Assembly (NCBI GenBank): GCA_016748015.1
Contig: JAAOMT010000727.1
Location: forward strand, 365,306 to 429,305
DNA from: Geosiphon pyriformis uo1
Taxonomy: Eukaryota > Fungi > Glomeromycota
Direction: 5' to 3'
DNA: 64,000 nucleotides
Made by a program: the position numbers and the translations under genes. This document shows positions 11,427 to 25,414 of this stretch, one piece after another. The notes under the pieces are model-generated. The model saw only the letters and a program-made list of their open reading frames with translations. It ran no database searches and was not told where the DNA came from. Position 1 is the stretch's first letter. Every line of letters starts with the position of its first letter.

Positions 11427-13348
11427 ATCCAAGATTTTCGATTTGATGTTTTGACAAGAGGGTTTGGTTGATGATTTTTCCAAACAGACCTATTTAACTT
11501 TTGTTGGATTGAAAAGTTTGATTAGTAATGCCACAATTGAATAAAAAATCTCTCTTATTAGATGCCAAATATTGAGCCTTAATCCCTTCAAGACTTTCTC
11601 CTTTAATATACATTTTCAAATGATCTCCAACTGAGGAAAACTCTTTAGCGGGAACATAGAATCTATGACTTGTCATAAAGTTCCGGAATCCTCTTTTGGT
11701 GGGAAATGTATAACTTGAAAAGTCTATTGTTAATGACGATTGCAGCTGATTATGAATAAAAAATTTTGATTTGTTTACTCGACAGTTGGCCGTTGGATGA
11801 TTTTCGAATTTTCCAGAATAAAATACATTATTAATACACTTGAAGACTAATTTGCCGCTCCGCGTTATAGACTAAATGTAAAGCGAAATATATGTTTAGC
11901 AAATACTGTTTTCACCTTTCTAAACAAATACAATTTTTAACAACACGAAACGATTATTCATTGAAACGTTGTGACGATTGGCTCTTTCCAAAAAAGTGCA
12001 ATTGTTTAAAACACCTGAAGTAAAAACAATTCTACTCAATTAAAGATTGCGGATTTTCAATAATATTATTCAGACATGAAATTGAAAGTGCGGAGAATTT
12101 TTCATCTTTTTGAAATAAATATACTTTAAAAAAGTTGAAGACGTGGTGATTACTTAAAAAAATTATATGTGTTGCTTTGGATTTGAATTTGTGAAAAAAA
12201 ACAAGATACAACTTATAATTTTTTATTGTAATCAGAAAAATTTGCAAGCACACTATAAAAATTAAATAATTGTTAAAAAAATAGTATTTTAACTTTGCTA
12301 TAAATATAATAAATTTTTGTTTCAAAAAAAACTTGAATATAATAGTTATTTTATTATTTAAACCAAAGTTTTTTTATTTTTTAGAATATAAAAAAAATCA
12401 CTCTTGATTTGTTTAATTCAAGTTTACATACATGTATAACTGGTTATAGTTTGAATAAATTTATTGATTCTAAAAAAAAAAAGTAAAACATTACAAATTA
12501 ATTTAATTATTTTCAATTTATAAAATTTTATTGTCTTATAAATAATTGTTATTATAAATTGACTAAATGGTTTTTTAAAAACTACCGTTGAATTTTACAC
12601 TCAAAAAAAATTAAATGTAAAAAAATTTTTAAATTATTTGAATTGTATACATAACTACTTCTTTGTTTTTGTTAATATTTAATTTACAAGACACATAAGC
12701 ATTTATAATGTGTAATATAAAGCATGTATATTTTGGATGTATTTTAAATAGCAGTTGGATTACATTATATAAGCAATTATTTTCACAGGTTCAAATATGT
12801 TCAGCAAATGATTTGCTGAAATAATAATACAAAAAAATATTTATGACTTTCTTATCTTTTTTCTTCGATAAAATTCTTATCTTGTCTGTTTAATTAAATA
12901 AAGGAAATATCTCAGTATGTTTTTCCTTTTAACGATCAGTAATTTACAAAGTTAATAAATTTTTTATATCATGGCAATAATTCTTTAAAACAATAAATGG
13001 GGATTATTTATTTATTTATTTAGTTATTTATTTTTAAATTAGAATTCACTTATGTACGAAAATCTTCAAAACAAGATTTGCTCATTCATCAATTCTTAAT
13101 CACAGTAAGGTGATAATAAACAAAAATATTCGGATATTCGTTTCCAAGATCGGAATTTATTTTGTTCAATCTTAAACGGATAGCCCCTAGATCTTCTAAT
13201 CCAAAAAAAATATTGATATAAATACTGTTAGAGAACATCTTAATGGTTTTGAGGTTAAAGACGGACAGATACCTATTATATTCAATTATCCACTACTCCA
13301 ATTTTTACCCGTTCAATTCCTTAGTCTAAATTCAGACAGCGAAAAAAA

Positions 13349-14943
13349 ATGTCGAAGCAAAAGGTTTTCTATGTAGTTTTTGTAACACTTGTCTTGAACT
13401 TGACCTATCTTTTGAACATATCAGTTCATTCATCACCAATTGACCAAAATTTTGGTCTTCCATCAGATTCACGAAATTCTTCATTGAATTTCGATGCAAT
13501 AGGTAGTAGTTCACCAATTCCAGTCCAAGAACAATATTCATTAGAGCAAACATCCCCAAGTTTCGGGAACCAAGCGTCAATCATTCCTGACATCGGTGTT
13601 GATAGCTCAAGTTTATCAACGAACGATGAATCATTTAATCTAGGAGCTGCTTTATCAGATCCGTTAACTCCGGTTGAAAATGTAGCCCTATCGAGTTCCG
13701 ATTCAACAGCAGGTGACCCTTTACTGAATTTTGGGGCAGGGCCTCAAGATACTACCTTGCAAGCAATGAATTCGTTAGATGTTCCCAATTTCGATTCAAC
13801 AGCTTCACTGAATCTTGGGTCAGAGACTCAGGACACTACATTGCAAGCTCTGAATCCGTTAGGTGTTAATTTCGATATCAGTAATGACTTATTGGCAAAT
13901 TCTGACAACGATCCAACAGCTAACGAAGCTCTTAAACCAATTACTAAAAATCAAGCAAATTCTTTTGAACAATATGCACAATTTGCACAAATTACTAATT
14001 GCAAATCTAAATCAGTTGGTAAAATTTCAGCAAGAGCAGTTGCATCAGAAACAGCCCTATTGTTTGGTTTTGCTGGAGACGAAGATCATTTGAATGAATA
14101 CTTGAATAGTAGCGGCTCCACTTTAACTGAATATCCTGGAATTCCTGGTGCCAAAGTTCACGCTGAATTCTATAAAAATTATAAGCTGTGGGAGCAGGGA
14201 ATTTTATCAAAAGCTGTTAAAGTTATTTCACAACGTCCAGAGATGAGTGTCTTTTTAATTGGATATAGCGTTGGTGGTGGTAATTGGATGATTTATTTTT
14301 TTTCTGAAACCTTATTAAATTATAATGATGATGCCACTAATTCAATATAAACTTTTATAGTTTACGCGCAGTTAGCCGCATTGGGATTAAGTACAGCACT
14401 TAAAACACCCAATAAATTATATGTATTCACATACGGTCAACCACGAGTTGGTAACCCTGTATTGGCAGCAGCCATTGAGAAATCAGCTAAAGTGATACGA
14501 TTTACTTTTGGCCATGATACTGTACCCCGGTTACCGGTCGAATACGAGTCCCAAAGTTATACACATTCGGGTGTCGAGGTTTACACCAGTGGAGTGGACG
14601 CAACTCCCAACTGGTGTCCTATTGACAAATCTTCAGGTGGATTGTCTACTGAGAGCAAGGTATCTACCTAGTCAGGATGTTTACTTAATTGGTGATAAAT
14701 GGGAAGAAGGTTTCTGATTATCCTAAATCACTCTAACACTTACGCGTTTATTTATAAAAATAGGAATGTATCAATAAAGCTGATACCAAGGTTGAAACCG
14801 ATCATTTTGGCCCATATTTCAAAGTAAATTTTGACAATTGCGATAGCATTCCTAACGCATCTCCAACTGAACCCCCGGCTGGACAATCTTCAGGAACTAT
14901 AAAAGTCCCCCTAAGAGAATCCACACCTAATTCTCAACCATAA
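13349..14943 (+). CDS. Secreted class 3 (fungal triacylglycerol) lipase, exons 13349-14279, 14361-14659, 14764-14943 (469 aa)
   Basis: Signal-peptide-like N-terminus, AKVHAEFY, nucleophile elbow GYSVG, TYGQPRVGN, HDTVPRLP (Asp), YTHSGVEV and DHFGPYF (His). Both GT-AG introns keep the frame. Confidence 0.92.
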
Positions 14944-17900
14944 TCAGATGATAAGGGGATTGGTTTAAGTTTTTAATATCTTCAAGGCCAAGCTTTTTCT
15001 TTGAAAAATGATACTTGGGATTAAATTATTTCTTTTAATTTCTGTCACTATGTCAGAGGACTGTTTTTAATGTATTGTCAAATATTGATTTAATTTTCTC
15101 GACCTATTTGTAAAGTTTATTTACAAAATATGGGTTTCTGCGACAGTCTTCAAGACTGGTAATTTAATAATATTTGGCATATTCTCACACCTAGATTGTC
15201 AAAAATTTAATACTTGATATCTTGAACTTGGGCAATTTTTTGAAACTTGACAAAAGACATCTTACCGACAAGGTTTAGCAGAGTGGAATTTGAATAAAAA
15301 ATATTGTGCAAAGGACTGGATTAATCAAATGTGTCAATTTTTAGATTCAGAATATTATTTTCAATAGACATTAATCTTTATATTTTTGTATAAAGTATAG
15401 GCCGAGTAAAATATTTTAGCGATCTTAAGTTTAATTTAAAAAATACTTACCAAAAAAACTTTTACTAACATATTAAAACTATGTATTAATACAAATTGCA
15501 TTAATTTAAAAATTTCGCGATATTCACCTTTTTTTTATACCAAATTTAGATTTTTTTGATCATTCCACTTACTTTAAAGTTTTTTTAAATCCAATAAAAA
15601 ATTATGTATTCATTCATTTTAATTTCTATGTACTTTCTAATGCTTTTTGTTAAAAAGCTGTTTTTATTTCATTCATTAAAAATCTTATTAAGCAAATTTT
15701 AGTTTTAAAAAATAAAAATTCCCCATTTTGAAATAAACAATAAAGATTATTAATTATTTATAAATTGTACCTGTCAATTATTGAAAACATATTTAATTTT
15801 GACATTTTTTGACATTTTTTAACATGAAATGCAGTTATTAAAATTAATAATAGCAATATTCAATAACTTTTATTAGATGGTTGAGAAATTAATATTTGGA
15901 TTATTAAAAGGCTTTTAAAATACATATTTTATAATAAATATCAAACAAATCTTGAATGAATAGTAATTTAAAATTATGCTTTTACTAATCAATAAAATAC
16001 CAATCTTTTTAAATTCTGGTATTTTATTAATAAAAATTTTCACATTACAGATATGTAATTTCTGATTTGAATCTTTAGCAAAAACACAAGATTCATATAT
16101 TAAAATAAGATATTTCTTATTGATTAAAATCAAGTTTTATAATTACCTTTGTTGTTTAAATATACAATTTAATGAAAAAAAATTTACTTTAGAAAATCAA
16201 ACTGAATTAAATTTCACCAATACATAAATTATAATACTCAAATTTGTAATATCTAATATAACTATATAAAATAAATTTTATTTTTATTATGTACTTAAAG
16301 ACCAAGTTTTCAATAAAATCTTAATAAATTTTTTTTAAATTAAAAATTTTCAAAAAGATATTACCAAATCAATTCATATCTAATTTATGACAATAGAGTT
16401 ATGCAAAATAATTAATGGCTGGACTACACAATAAACACACAAAAAATAACTTGTAAATAATTGTGAACAAAAAATTTTTTAATTGTAAAATTTTAAAATC
16501 AATTGAAAAATAACCAAAATAATTAATACTAACAAGTAATTAATTTTTTATGTTCAACACTAAACAATTTAAGAAATTTTAAATAAATAATTTTGTTTGC
16601 TTCAAAGTATTTTGGCCAATATAAATTGTATGTTTTATTTTATTGCATAAATATATTTATAATAATAATTTTTTTTGATAAATATGAAGTATTTACAATT
16701 TTAAAATTTTTTGTTACTACTAATAAATTTGCTTTAAATAATATTATTAATTAACTTAAAAGCTATATAATTAAACAATATGTAAAAAAGCTATAAAAAA
16801 ATTTTGTTACTTTGCAGAAAACTTTATTTATGCTAATTTTTTTAAAAGTTACAAAATTTTGCATTGCATAACTTTTAATTTACAAAATTTTATTTTTTTA
16901 TTCTTTTTTTAATTTTATTTTAAAATAATTTAACTATAAAAAAATTAAAAAAATCAAAAAATATTATGAAATAAAAAATTATTAAATTGGTTAATAATAT
17001 TTAAAAAAAGTAGTTTTAACTAAACAAATAAAAACTTTAATATTTTTAAAAAATTCATCATTTTTTAACATATCTTAAGTTTATTTTTATTACAAAATAA
17101 ATTATTTTTAAAAATTTTATCTGAAATTTCATAAAAATTATTTTTTATTATTATTTTATATTAAATAGTTATTAAAAATTTATAATTATTCAAAATCTTT
17201 TTAATCACATAATAAAAAATATTCTAATTATTAAAATAAAATTAAAGACAAAAATATTTTTTTGAAGATTAATTTAGAAATAATTTTATATTATTACTTT
17301 AAAATAATCAAAATAAATTCATTTAAACAAATTTTTATTAATTATATAATAATAAAAAACAACAATAATTATTATAAATTTAAAAAACTGGTTAGCTAAT
17401 TAACACTTTTAAAATAAATAATTAAAAAGATTTTTTTTAAAAGATAAAAGCTAAAATTTTATTATAAACTAAATTATGAATTCTATTTTGAAAATAACAA
17501 TATTATATTGATTAACAATAATTTCAAAAATAGTTCAAAGTATTATTTTATAAATACAACAAATTATAAGTATGCTATAATAATTAAGCTAAAAAATCAA
17601 TAGATAAAGTTTTTTAAATAATAAAAAAATTTTTTTTATTTAATTTAATATTATATTTTTTAAATTTTGTGTTACTTAGTTAAAATTTTTTTAATAATAA
17701 AGTATTTTATATGCTATTATTTTATTACATATTATAAAATTAAAAAATAACTTTTTTATTTATTATAAATTAAAAACACTTAAGAAATTATAAGTTATAT
17801 TAATTTTTAAAATTTAGATTTTATTATAAATTAAAATTATAAAATGCTTTTTAATTAATAAAATTAGTAATACAACTTTTAAATATATGCTTGAGTTTTT

Positions 17901-19689
17901 TTATTTGTTAAATTTTAAGTTTTATTATATATTTATATATAAATTACTTAAATAGTGTTTAATAAAAAAATTTAAAAACTCAAAAAAAATAATAAATTAA
18001 TTTATATTAAATAATTTTTCAATATTTATATTATAATTTTTTGTATATTTAAATATTGTAATTACAGATTTTTTTAGTTTTTAAACTCTTTTTTTATAAG
18101 CTTATTTTTCCTTTTTTAAAAAATATTTGAATTATAATTTTAGTAAATATGATATTAAATATGAAATTAATTAAAAATAATATAACAAAAACAATTACAA
18201 AACTATTATCTTAAATAAATAAAACTATTTATGTTAAAATTCAAATAATAATTATATTCAAAAAAATAAATATTTTAAAAATTTTTATTGTAACAATAAA
18301 AATAGCAATTTAATTAAAATTAATATTTATTTTTTCTAAAAATTTGCTAAAAAAACTATTCATAAAGAATAATATAAAAATTTAATAAAAATTAAATATT
18401 TATATTTATTTATATTTATTTAAAGTGTAAAAATTCAGATAAAAAATTTGTTTGTAAATAATACCAATAAAAAAATTATTTAAGATTGTAATATTTTCTG
18501 AACTAATAATTTTAATTTTATATAATTTTTATGATTATTAATTTTAATATATTTTTTTTAATTAGAATATTTAATTTAATATTTTTAAAAATTTATTTTT
18601 ATTTTTATTTTAATAAAAATTTAAAATCTTTTTAATAATGACATAAATATTTAATTAATGTAACTTAAAATCAATAATAATTAATATATATTTTAATTAT
18701 ATAGCTATTTTTAAAAAAATTTTATAGAAAATAAACAAATATCTTTTATAGAAATAAAAAACTAAAATTATATTTATCTATTTTAAATTGCTAAATATTT
18801 GCTTAATAATCTCAATATATTGTGTATTACAAATTTATTATTAAAAATAATTAAATTATCTAATATAATTAATTAAGTTTTTAAAAACATCTATTTTAAT
18901 AGTTTTATTATTTGTTTTTACATAATAATATTGTAATTTTAATTATATATCTTGTCTTAAAATTGATTTAATTTTATTGTTTTAATGAATAAAAATATTA
19001 TTATTAAATAATATATTATAAAATAAATTAAAATAAAATTGAATAAATTTAATGTAAAATATTTTCTAGTTAATATTTTTAAAATCAAAAAATTAACAAA
19101 AATCTATTTAAAAAATACTAAATATTTTTAATAATTTACTATAAATATGTCTATTAAATTATGTACTTTCGAATTAGAATAGATTTAAAAAATCTATTTT
19201 TATAGTATTCTTTACAACTTTAACTTTATTACTAATAAAACAAATTACAAGTATATATAATTAGGAAAATTAAAAGATTAAAATAATCTTATTGATTTTT
19301 TTTGTTACTAATTGGCCAATTATTATAGATGATTATATATGCAGCTTATAAATATATGCTTATATTTTTGTTTTCTGTAATAAAAACATATTAGCAAAAT
19401 TTTATTTCACTTTAAAGTAAAACAACTTTTCCAAATTTCGAATAGAACATAAAAACATTAAAATACATATCATTTCAGAATATTTCAATATTTTTAATTA
19501 GAACCAAAAAGTCGAAACAATAAAGATTTATAAATATGTAAAAGTTTTAAAAAAATCAAAAATAAATAAAATAAAACTTTTACTATCTGTTTGCTGTTAA
19601 TTTACTTAATTTTTTTTGCATAAATCAAATATATACTTGTAAAGTTTTATTTAATACATTTTACATAAAACTCTAATAAATATTAAACA

Positions 19690-20595
19690 GACAAATAATC
19701 TTTTAAAAATCCAAAATAATATTTTATCAATGCTCATAGAAACCATAGTAAAAAAAAATACAATATTTAAGCTAACAAAAAGTTTTTAGTATGTTACAAT
19801 AGGCCAAAAAAATAACAAATCAATATTTTTATAATATCTAGCATAATAAAATTTGGCTATTTATACAAAAAATAATAAAAAATAAATAAATTAATTATAT
19901 AACAAAAATAAAATAAATATTGTAAAAATTTGAATAAAGTCTTAATTAATATTAAAAACATTTACAAACTTAGCTATATATATATATATTATTAAATAAC
20001 TTGATAAATAATTATAGTAGATCTTTAAAATTATACTAATTTATATTATATATAACTTTATCCCAATTAAGCATTAATCTTCTTAATATAATAAATATCT
20101 AAGCTAATTAAAAGTTTTTTAAAACATATTATAAAAATCTAAAATAATATTTAATTAATGCTTATAGAACTATAGTAAACATTAAACTAATTATTAATCT
20201 TTTAAATATGCTATAATAAGCTAAAAAAGATGATAAACATTCTTATAATATTTTTTCTAAATTGACCAACTTATATTATGTACAATTTTATTTCAAAAAT
20301 GTATTAATTATTTTTATAAAAAATAAAATAAACAACTAATTTTTAAGTTTATTTGTCTTTTGTATATTTTATTATTAAGATATATATTGTTGATTGTTGT
20401 TTTTAGTTTTTTTATATATAATTTAAGAATTTGATCTTGTTATCAAAGAATTACCTATTTTTTATATACTATTTTTCAAAAAAAGTTCAGAGATTATAGA
20501 TTATATTTAAGTAGATATGTATTATAAAATAAAACAAAGTATATTAGTAAGTATTTATATGTATTTATAAGTATTTATAAAAAAAATTTCAACTT
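19690..20595. repeat. AT-rich degenerate repeat interrupted by the LINE (continues at 27516-27602)
   Basis: 20255-20595 plus 27516-27602 align with an uninterrupted copy at 28396-28816. Confidence 0.7.
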
Positions 20596-20728
20596 TTTTT
20601 ATTTAACACATTTAATGAGTGTAGCCCAATTGCTATCTAGTACATAAAACCAAACTAAGAGGCTCAAACTAAACGTGACTCACACACTTTTTATATGTGG
20701 CTAGCCACTCAGGCCAGACAAGGCAACA

Positions 20729-23700
20729 CTACACATCTATAATTACCCGCACACTGCCACCCAGACCAGAAAAGAAACAATAAGGCTTCCGACAACCAAA
20801 GCTAACAGCAAAGGAATTGGCCACACCAAGCAATCTCACAACACCATCAGACAAAACCAAAGACACACCACAAAAGAGCCCAGAAACAACACCAACATCA
20901 CAGACCAGACCAGCCTTCTCCATCACCACCCGGTGGCTGGTCCTAGCCAACCATACTTTAGCACAATGTAACCCAACAACAAACCTGACAAAATTAACAA
21001 TCCGAGCAGCGGCCACCTTTCTATCCTCAAAAACACTGCAAGCTTCCTCATACCACTCCTCCAGCACAAACCCTTTGCACACCAAAGTGTACAGCCCAAC
21101 ATCAATGGAACATCGAGACAAAACTCACAACACGGCAGAAGCAGGGGAACCACCAGCCAAAGCTGACCAACGGGCAGAAGCCTTTGCCAAAATCTCACCA
21201 TGAATGCCAGATTCATAAACACAAGTAAAAGCATGGTCAGAGAACTCCACCTCGCCGCAAAACAAACACAGTATACTAGGGTAGCACTTATCATACAACC
21301 TCTTCCTTACCGCCACTGGCAACCTCCTGTGTACAGCCTTCATAACATAAGTGCGAAGCATTGAGAATGCATGGCTAGTAAACCCAGCAAGCATATGAGA
21401 ATCAGGATGCCACACCTCTGCCATGACAACCCAGTTTATGCAACCAATCATCACATCCAAAACCACGTCACAACCAGGCCCAGCTTCCCAACGAGCACAA
21501 CAAATTGATCAAAAAATATTCCTGACAAAATGACGGGCGTTACCAGAAACAGCGACACCCTCAACAACCAAAAAATGTTCATGCATATTGGCACAAAAGG
21601 AAAAGGGAGACCCAGAGGCAGCCCCAGCAGCCAAGTCAGCTTTTACATTACCAGGAATCCCAGAGTGTCCTTTCACCTTAACCCAACTCACACTAAGATC
21701 CTTATCCCTAACCAAATTGAAAATATGACGCTTTTCCAGCCAGCATTGATTACAGAAATCAGGGGCAACCAAGGACATTTCAGATACACATGCATCAATG
21801 GCAGTCTGGCTGTCAAGATGTAACACCACAGTACTAGAAGAAGGAACACACTCCAAAGCCAAAGCGACAGCCTGTAACTTGGCCAAAGTAGATGACAAAA
21901 AGCCACAAACAACAACACTAATGCTTTTATCCAAGACCGAAAAGTATGCAGCAGCACCACAGGCAACCTCAGCAGAGCCTGCATTTCTCAAAGACCCATC
22001 TGTAAAAACTTCAAAAAAGCCCAACCAAACGTCATGCACCCCATTTTTCACCACAGAAAATTCCTCAGACCCCAAAATGTCCAAACCAAGCTTTTTCGCA
22101 CAGCCAATAGAACCAGAAAATGAGTAACTCTAACCCTTCAAAAACTCAGAAGAAACCATGAACCAGTGAGGCACAGGGCCACGCGGATCCAACCTTTTCC
22201 AATGACAAAAAGTTTTCCAATCCAACAAAACGCCCTTCTTATCAAAAAGCCGATCACCGAAAGTGACACCAAAACATTTAAGAGATTTGATCGAATCAAA
22301 ATACAGAGACTTTCCAAGAACAGAGGACAACGGAAACCGACCAGAACTATGAAATGCAGTAGGGAGGTTGTTCACCAAAGCAAGCTCATTGTCCAGAAAA
22401 ATCTTCACCATCCCAGCCAAAAAATTGTTCACCGGACTAACATGCAACCTGACCGGAAACTGCAAAGGATCCAAAAGAGCCCAACCAAGAACCTGAAGGT
22501 CCAAAAACCTATGTCTAAACAAATGCCCAAGAATACCATAGGCATTAGAGAACGCCATCAAAGCAGCAACTTTTCCTTCTGACTGTACCTGCTCAAAAGG
22601 CTTTAGGCCATACAATAAGGGATGATGCAAAGCAGTGTCTGGAAAATCACGGGGGAGACAAGCCTTGGACCTAAGACCCTTTCTAACCAAGACATCTCAC
22701 TTGCGACAAACATTAGATGAGACAAAACTGAACTAAATACGATAGGCAACAATAGGCTGCAAAACAGCTGACACCAGATAGGAGAACTGTTTGTCTGTAA
22801 TAGCCTTCCTAAGCACAACATTGATGAAGAAACGTATATCCACATGAGCCTTGGTGACACTCGGCTTGGAGAGCCCTTCAGTTGACAGAAAAATACCCAG
22901 ATACTGATGTGCTTCCCCTTTCTTAGCAATAGAAATTGGCTGACCACAAATGTTTAGTGAAGCAACTTTAATGCCCTGATTGATGGGAATAGCTACCATC
23001 TTTTCATTATTGATAGAAATATTATTGATCACAAAAAATTCACTGGCAATGTTCAGAGCATATTGAGTAGAAGCTTGACAATTTCCAACCCAGATTGTAT
23101 CATCAACAAATGCACCAGCCGAAAAATATGATGTCAAACCACCACCGCTCTCAATTCTGCCAGATTTTGAAACAAACTTAGTATCAATTCAATACCCACA
23201 CAATTGTTCGTGCCTCTTAACCTTACACAAAAGTGGATCGTAAAAAATTCTCCAAAGAAGCAGCAAAAAGATCTCACCCTGATCCAGCCCATTATGTACC
23301 TTATAACTACCAGACAAACCAAAGTCAGTCATCATCCTATTAACTCTATCCTCATGAATACCACCAAAAAACCTTATGAACTTCTCACACATCTTGACAC
23401 GCTGCAAACTAGCTCTTAAATGGTGCCACCCAACTGAATCGTAAGCTTTCAGCATATCTTGCAAGACCAACCATAACTCCCTATCCTTCTCAATAGCATC
23501 CTCAATCACTGATCCGACAGCAAACACCGGAGATTGGGTAGACGTACCCTTCAGCACCGAAAAGTTGTTACCCTGAAAAACATTGAACTTGCTACAAGCC
23601 ATTGAAATACGATCAGACAGAATCTTGGAAAGAATCTTCCTGGCTGTCTCAATCAAAGCAATGGGCCGAGTGTTCGTAAGAACTCCATTCCAGTCATAAG

Positions 23701-25414
23701 GTTTAGAAATCATTGACACCCAAGCCCTTTTCTATAAAACAAGCACCACACCAACAGTCAAACATTTATTAAACAGTGCCAACAGGCACTCCAAAACCAT
23801 CTCACCACCATGTTTTCATAACTCATTAGGAACACCAGACAAACCAGCAGCCTTGCCATCAGGAAGACCACCAACAACAGAGAGTAATTCGCCCATACTG
23901 ATAGCACTCATAACACCTGAAAAAGCATCATCCCGAACATGGTCCAAAGGCGCGTACTGACGAGCCCAAAGACCAGGAAGCATTGACTGCACGGAGCATT
24001 TCCTCATCCACCCCTCCATTATTCTATCCACACTAGACTTTATCTTTTCAGACAACAAAACCAGATCATCATCAACTATCAAGTAATCCAGCATGACCTT
24101 GCGAAAAGGCTTTTTCAACACACTCCTGATTATACTACCCTTATCCGAACAGAAATTATCCATGCGCTTCTCAATTGCCTTCTTAACTGAAGCTTCCTCA
24201 GCCAATCTTGATTCAAACATCTTCGACCTCCTGTAATCCCTGCAAACCAATGACAAATGCCTAACAACAACATCAGATTTAACACCCGAGCCCACCAAGT
24301 TCTTGAAAACACGAGCCTTCGCGTCATCCAGAGTTGACCATTTACTCACAAGACAATCAGCACCCAGCAAGTCACCAGAGCAAAATTTCTTGACAATCTT
24401 GGCCACCAACAATTCCAGACCAAAAAACCTAAAAGAATGTTTGTTCCTCGAACACTTGAATTCACTAAACCAATGCCTTGAAAATGTCACATCAGCAGAA
24501 TCCACCACAGCTCCCACCAAAACTGCCCACATAGTATCCACATCACCACGTATTTTGGCACCAGAGAACACCTTACCCAAAGACAAAAGTTTAGCTGACG
24601 AGAGATCCTTAAACTTAGCCCATCCAACACAGTCAGCATTCTTGATTTTGAACTTCCAACAATTTTTATTCACCTGCTTGCGCAAACTATTCAATTGTAC
24701 ATCCAGAAGTCCACCCAAACCGACTGAAACCACAACTGTCTTGTAATCGGTGTTAAAAAAATCTGAAGCAAAGACAACTTGATGACCAGCAACAGCAGAA
24801 GACAAATTACTACCAACAAAAATGTAATCAATTGTTTTCCCAACCCCTCTCAAATTGCTCCACATATAAGAATTAGCCAAATGATAACCAACAAATGAAT
24901 TGACCAAACCCAAACTCAAACAAAACTTGAAACTAGTACTTCTACCAGATCCATTCTCATTAAAGTCCCCACCCAAGATAACAAAATTGCTGGAGTTGAC
25001 TGCCTTTGCAATGAGAGAGTTAACTTCAGAAGCCTAACCAAATCTAGCCCCAGAGGAGGCACCAGCATACAACCCCAAAACAGTAACCAAGAGCTTGCCC
25101 TTAAACAGAAGCTGAACAGAAATAACCCGACCAGGAATCTCCTCCACCTTAGATACATAATGGGCCAAAGAAATGTTCATAACAATCGCAACCCCAACAC
25201 TCATAAAATCCTTATCCAAGCCAAAAGAAAATATTTGCACTTCATCAAATTTGTCCTTTATCCACGGCCCAGAAGAGAACCTCAACTTAGTCTTAGTGAT
25301 AAAAAAAACCATATTCCCCAAGTTCACATGCCAACGAACAACATCTGTTTGCTTCGCAGGAATATTGATACCCTGAACATTGCACATAGCAAACTTCCAA
25401 ACCAAACTACTTAT
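20729..25414 (-). pseudogene. LINE ORF2: AP endonuclease, reverse transcriptase, RNase H, C-terminal zinc motif
   Basis: CNVQG, GDFNE, IDYIF (APE); RPIALIE, LQDMLKAYDSV, QGE, FVDD, YLG (RT); FTDGS, DSQ, KVKGHSG..GN..AD (RNase H); CLFC..HAFTC. One frame with nine point stops and no frameshift. Confidence 0.93.

Noticed and set aside
11494-11676. 60-aa ORF just upstream of the SNAP-like gene
   Set aside because: No recognisable motif. It could be 5' UTR or intron (ACTAAT...TAG acceptor at 11490) or a uORF; cannot be decided without RNA data.
12032-12325. Hydrophobic short ORFs in AT-rich DNA (also 7180-7467, 15915-16133, 57037-57246)
   Set aside because: The F/I/L/K/N bias is expected from base composition.
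16100-19600. Possible decayed DNA-transposon coding relics
   Set aside because: Too degraded to assign by eye.
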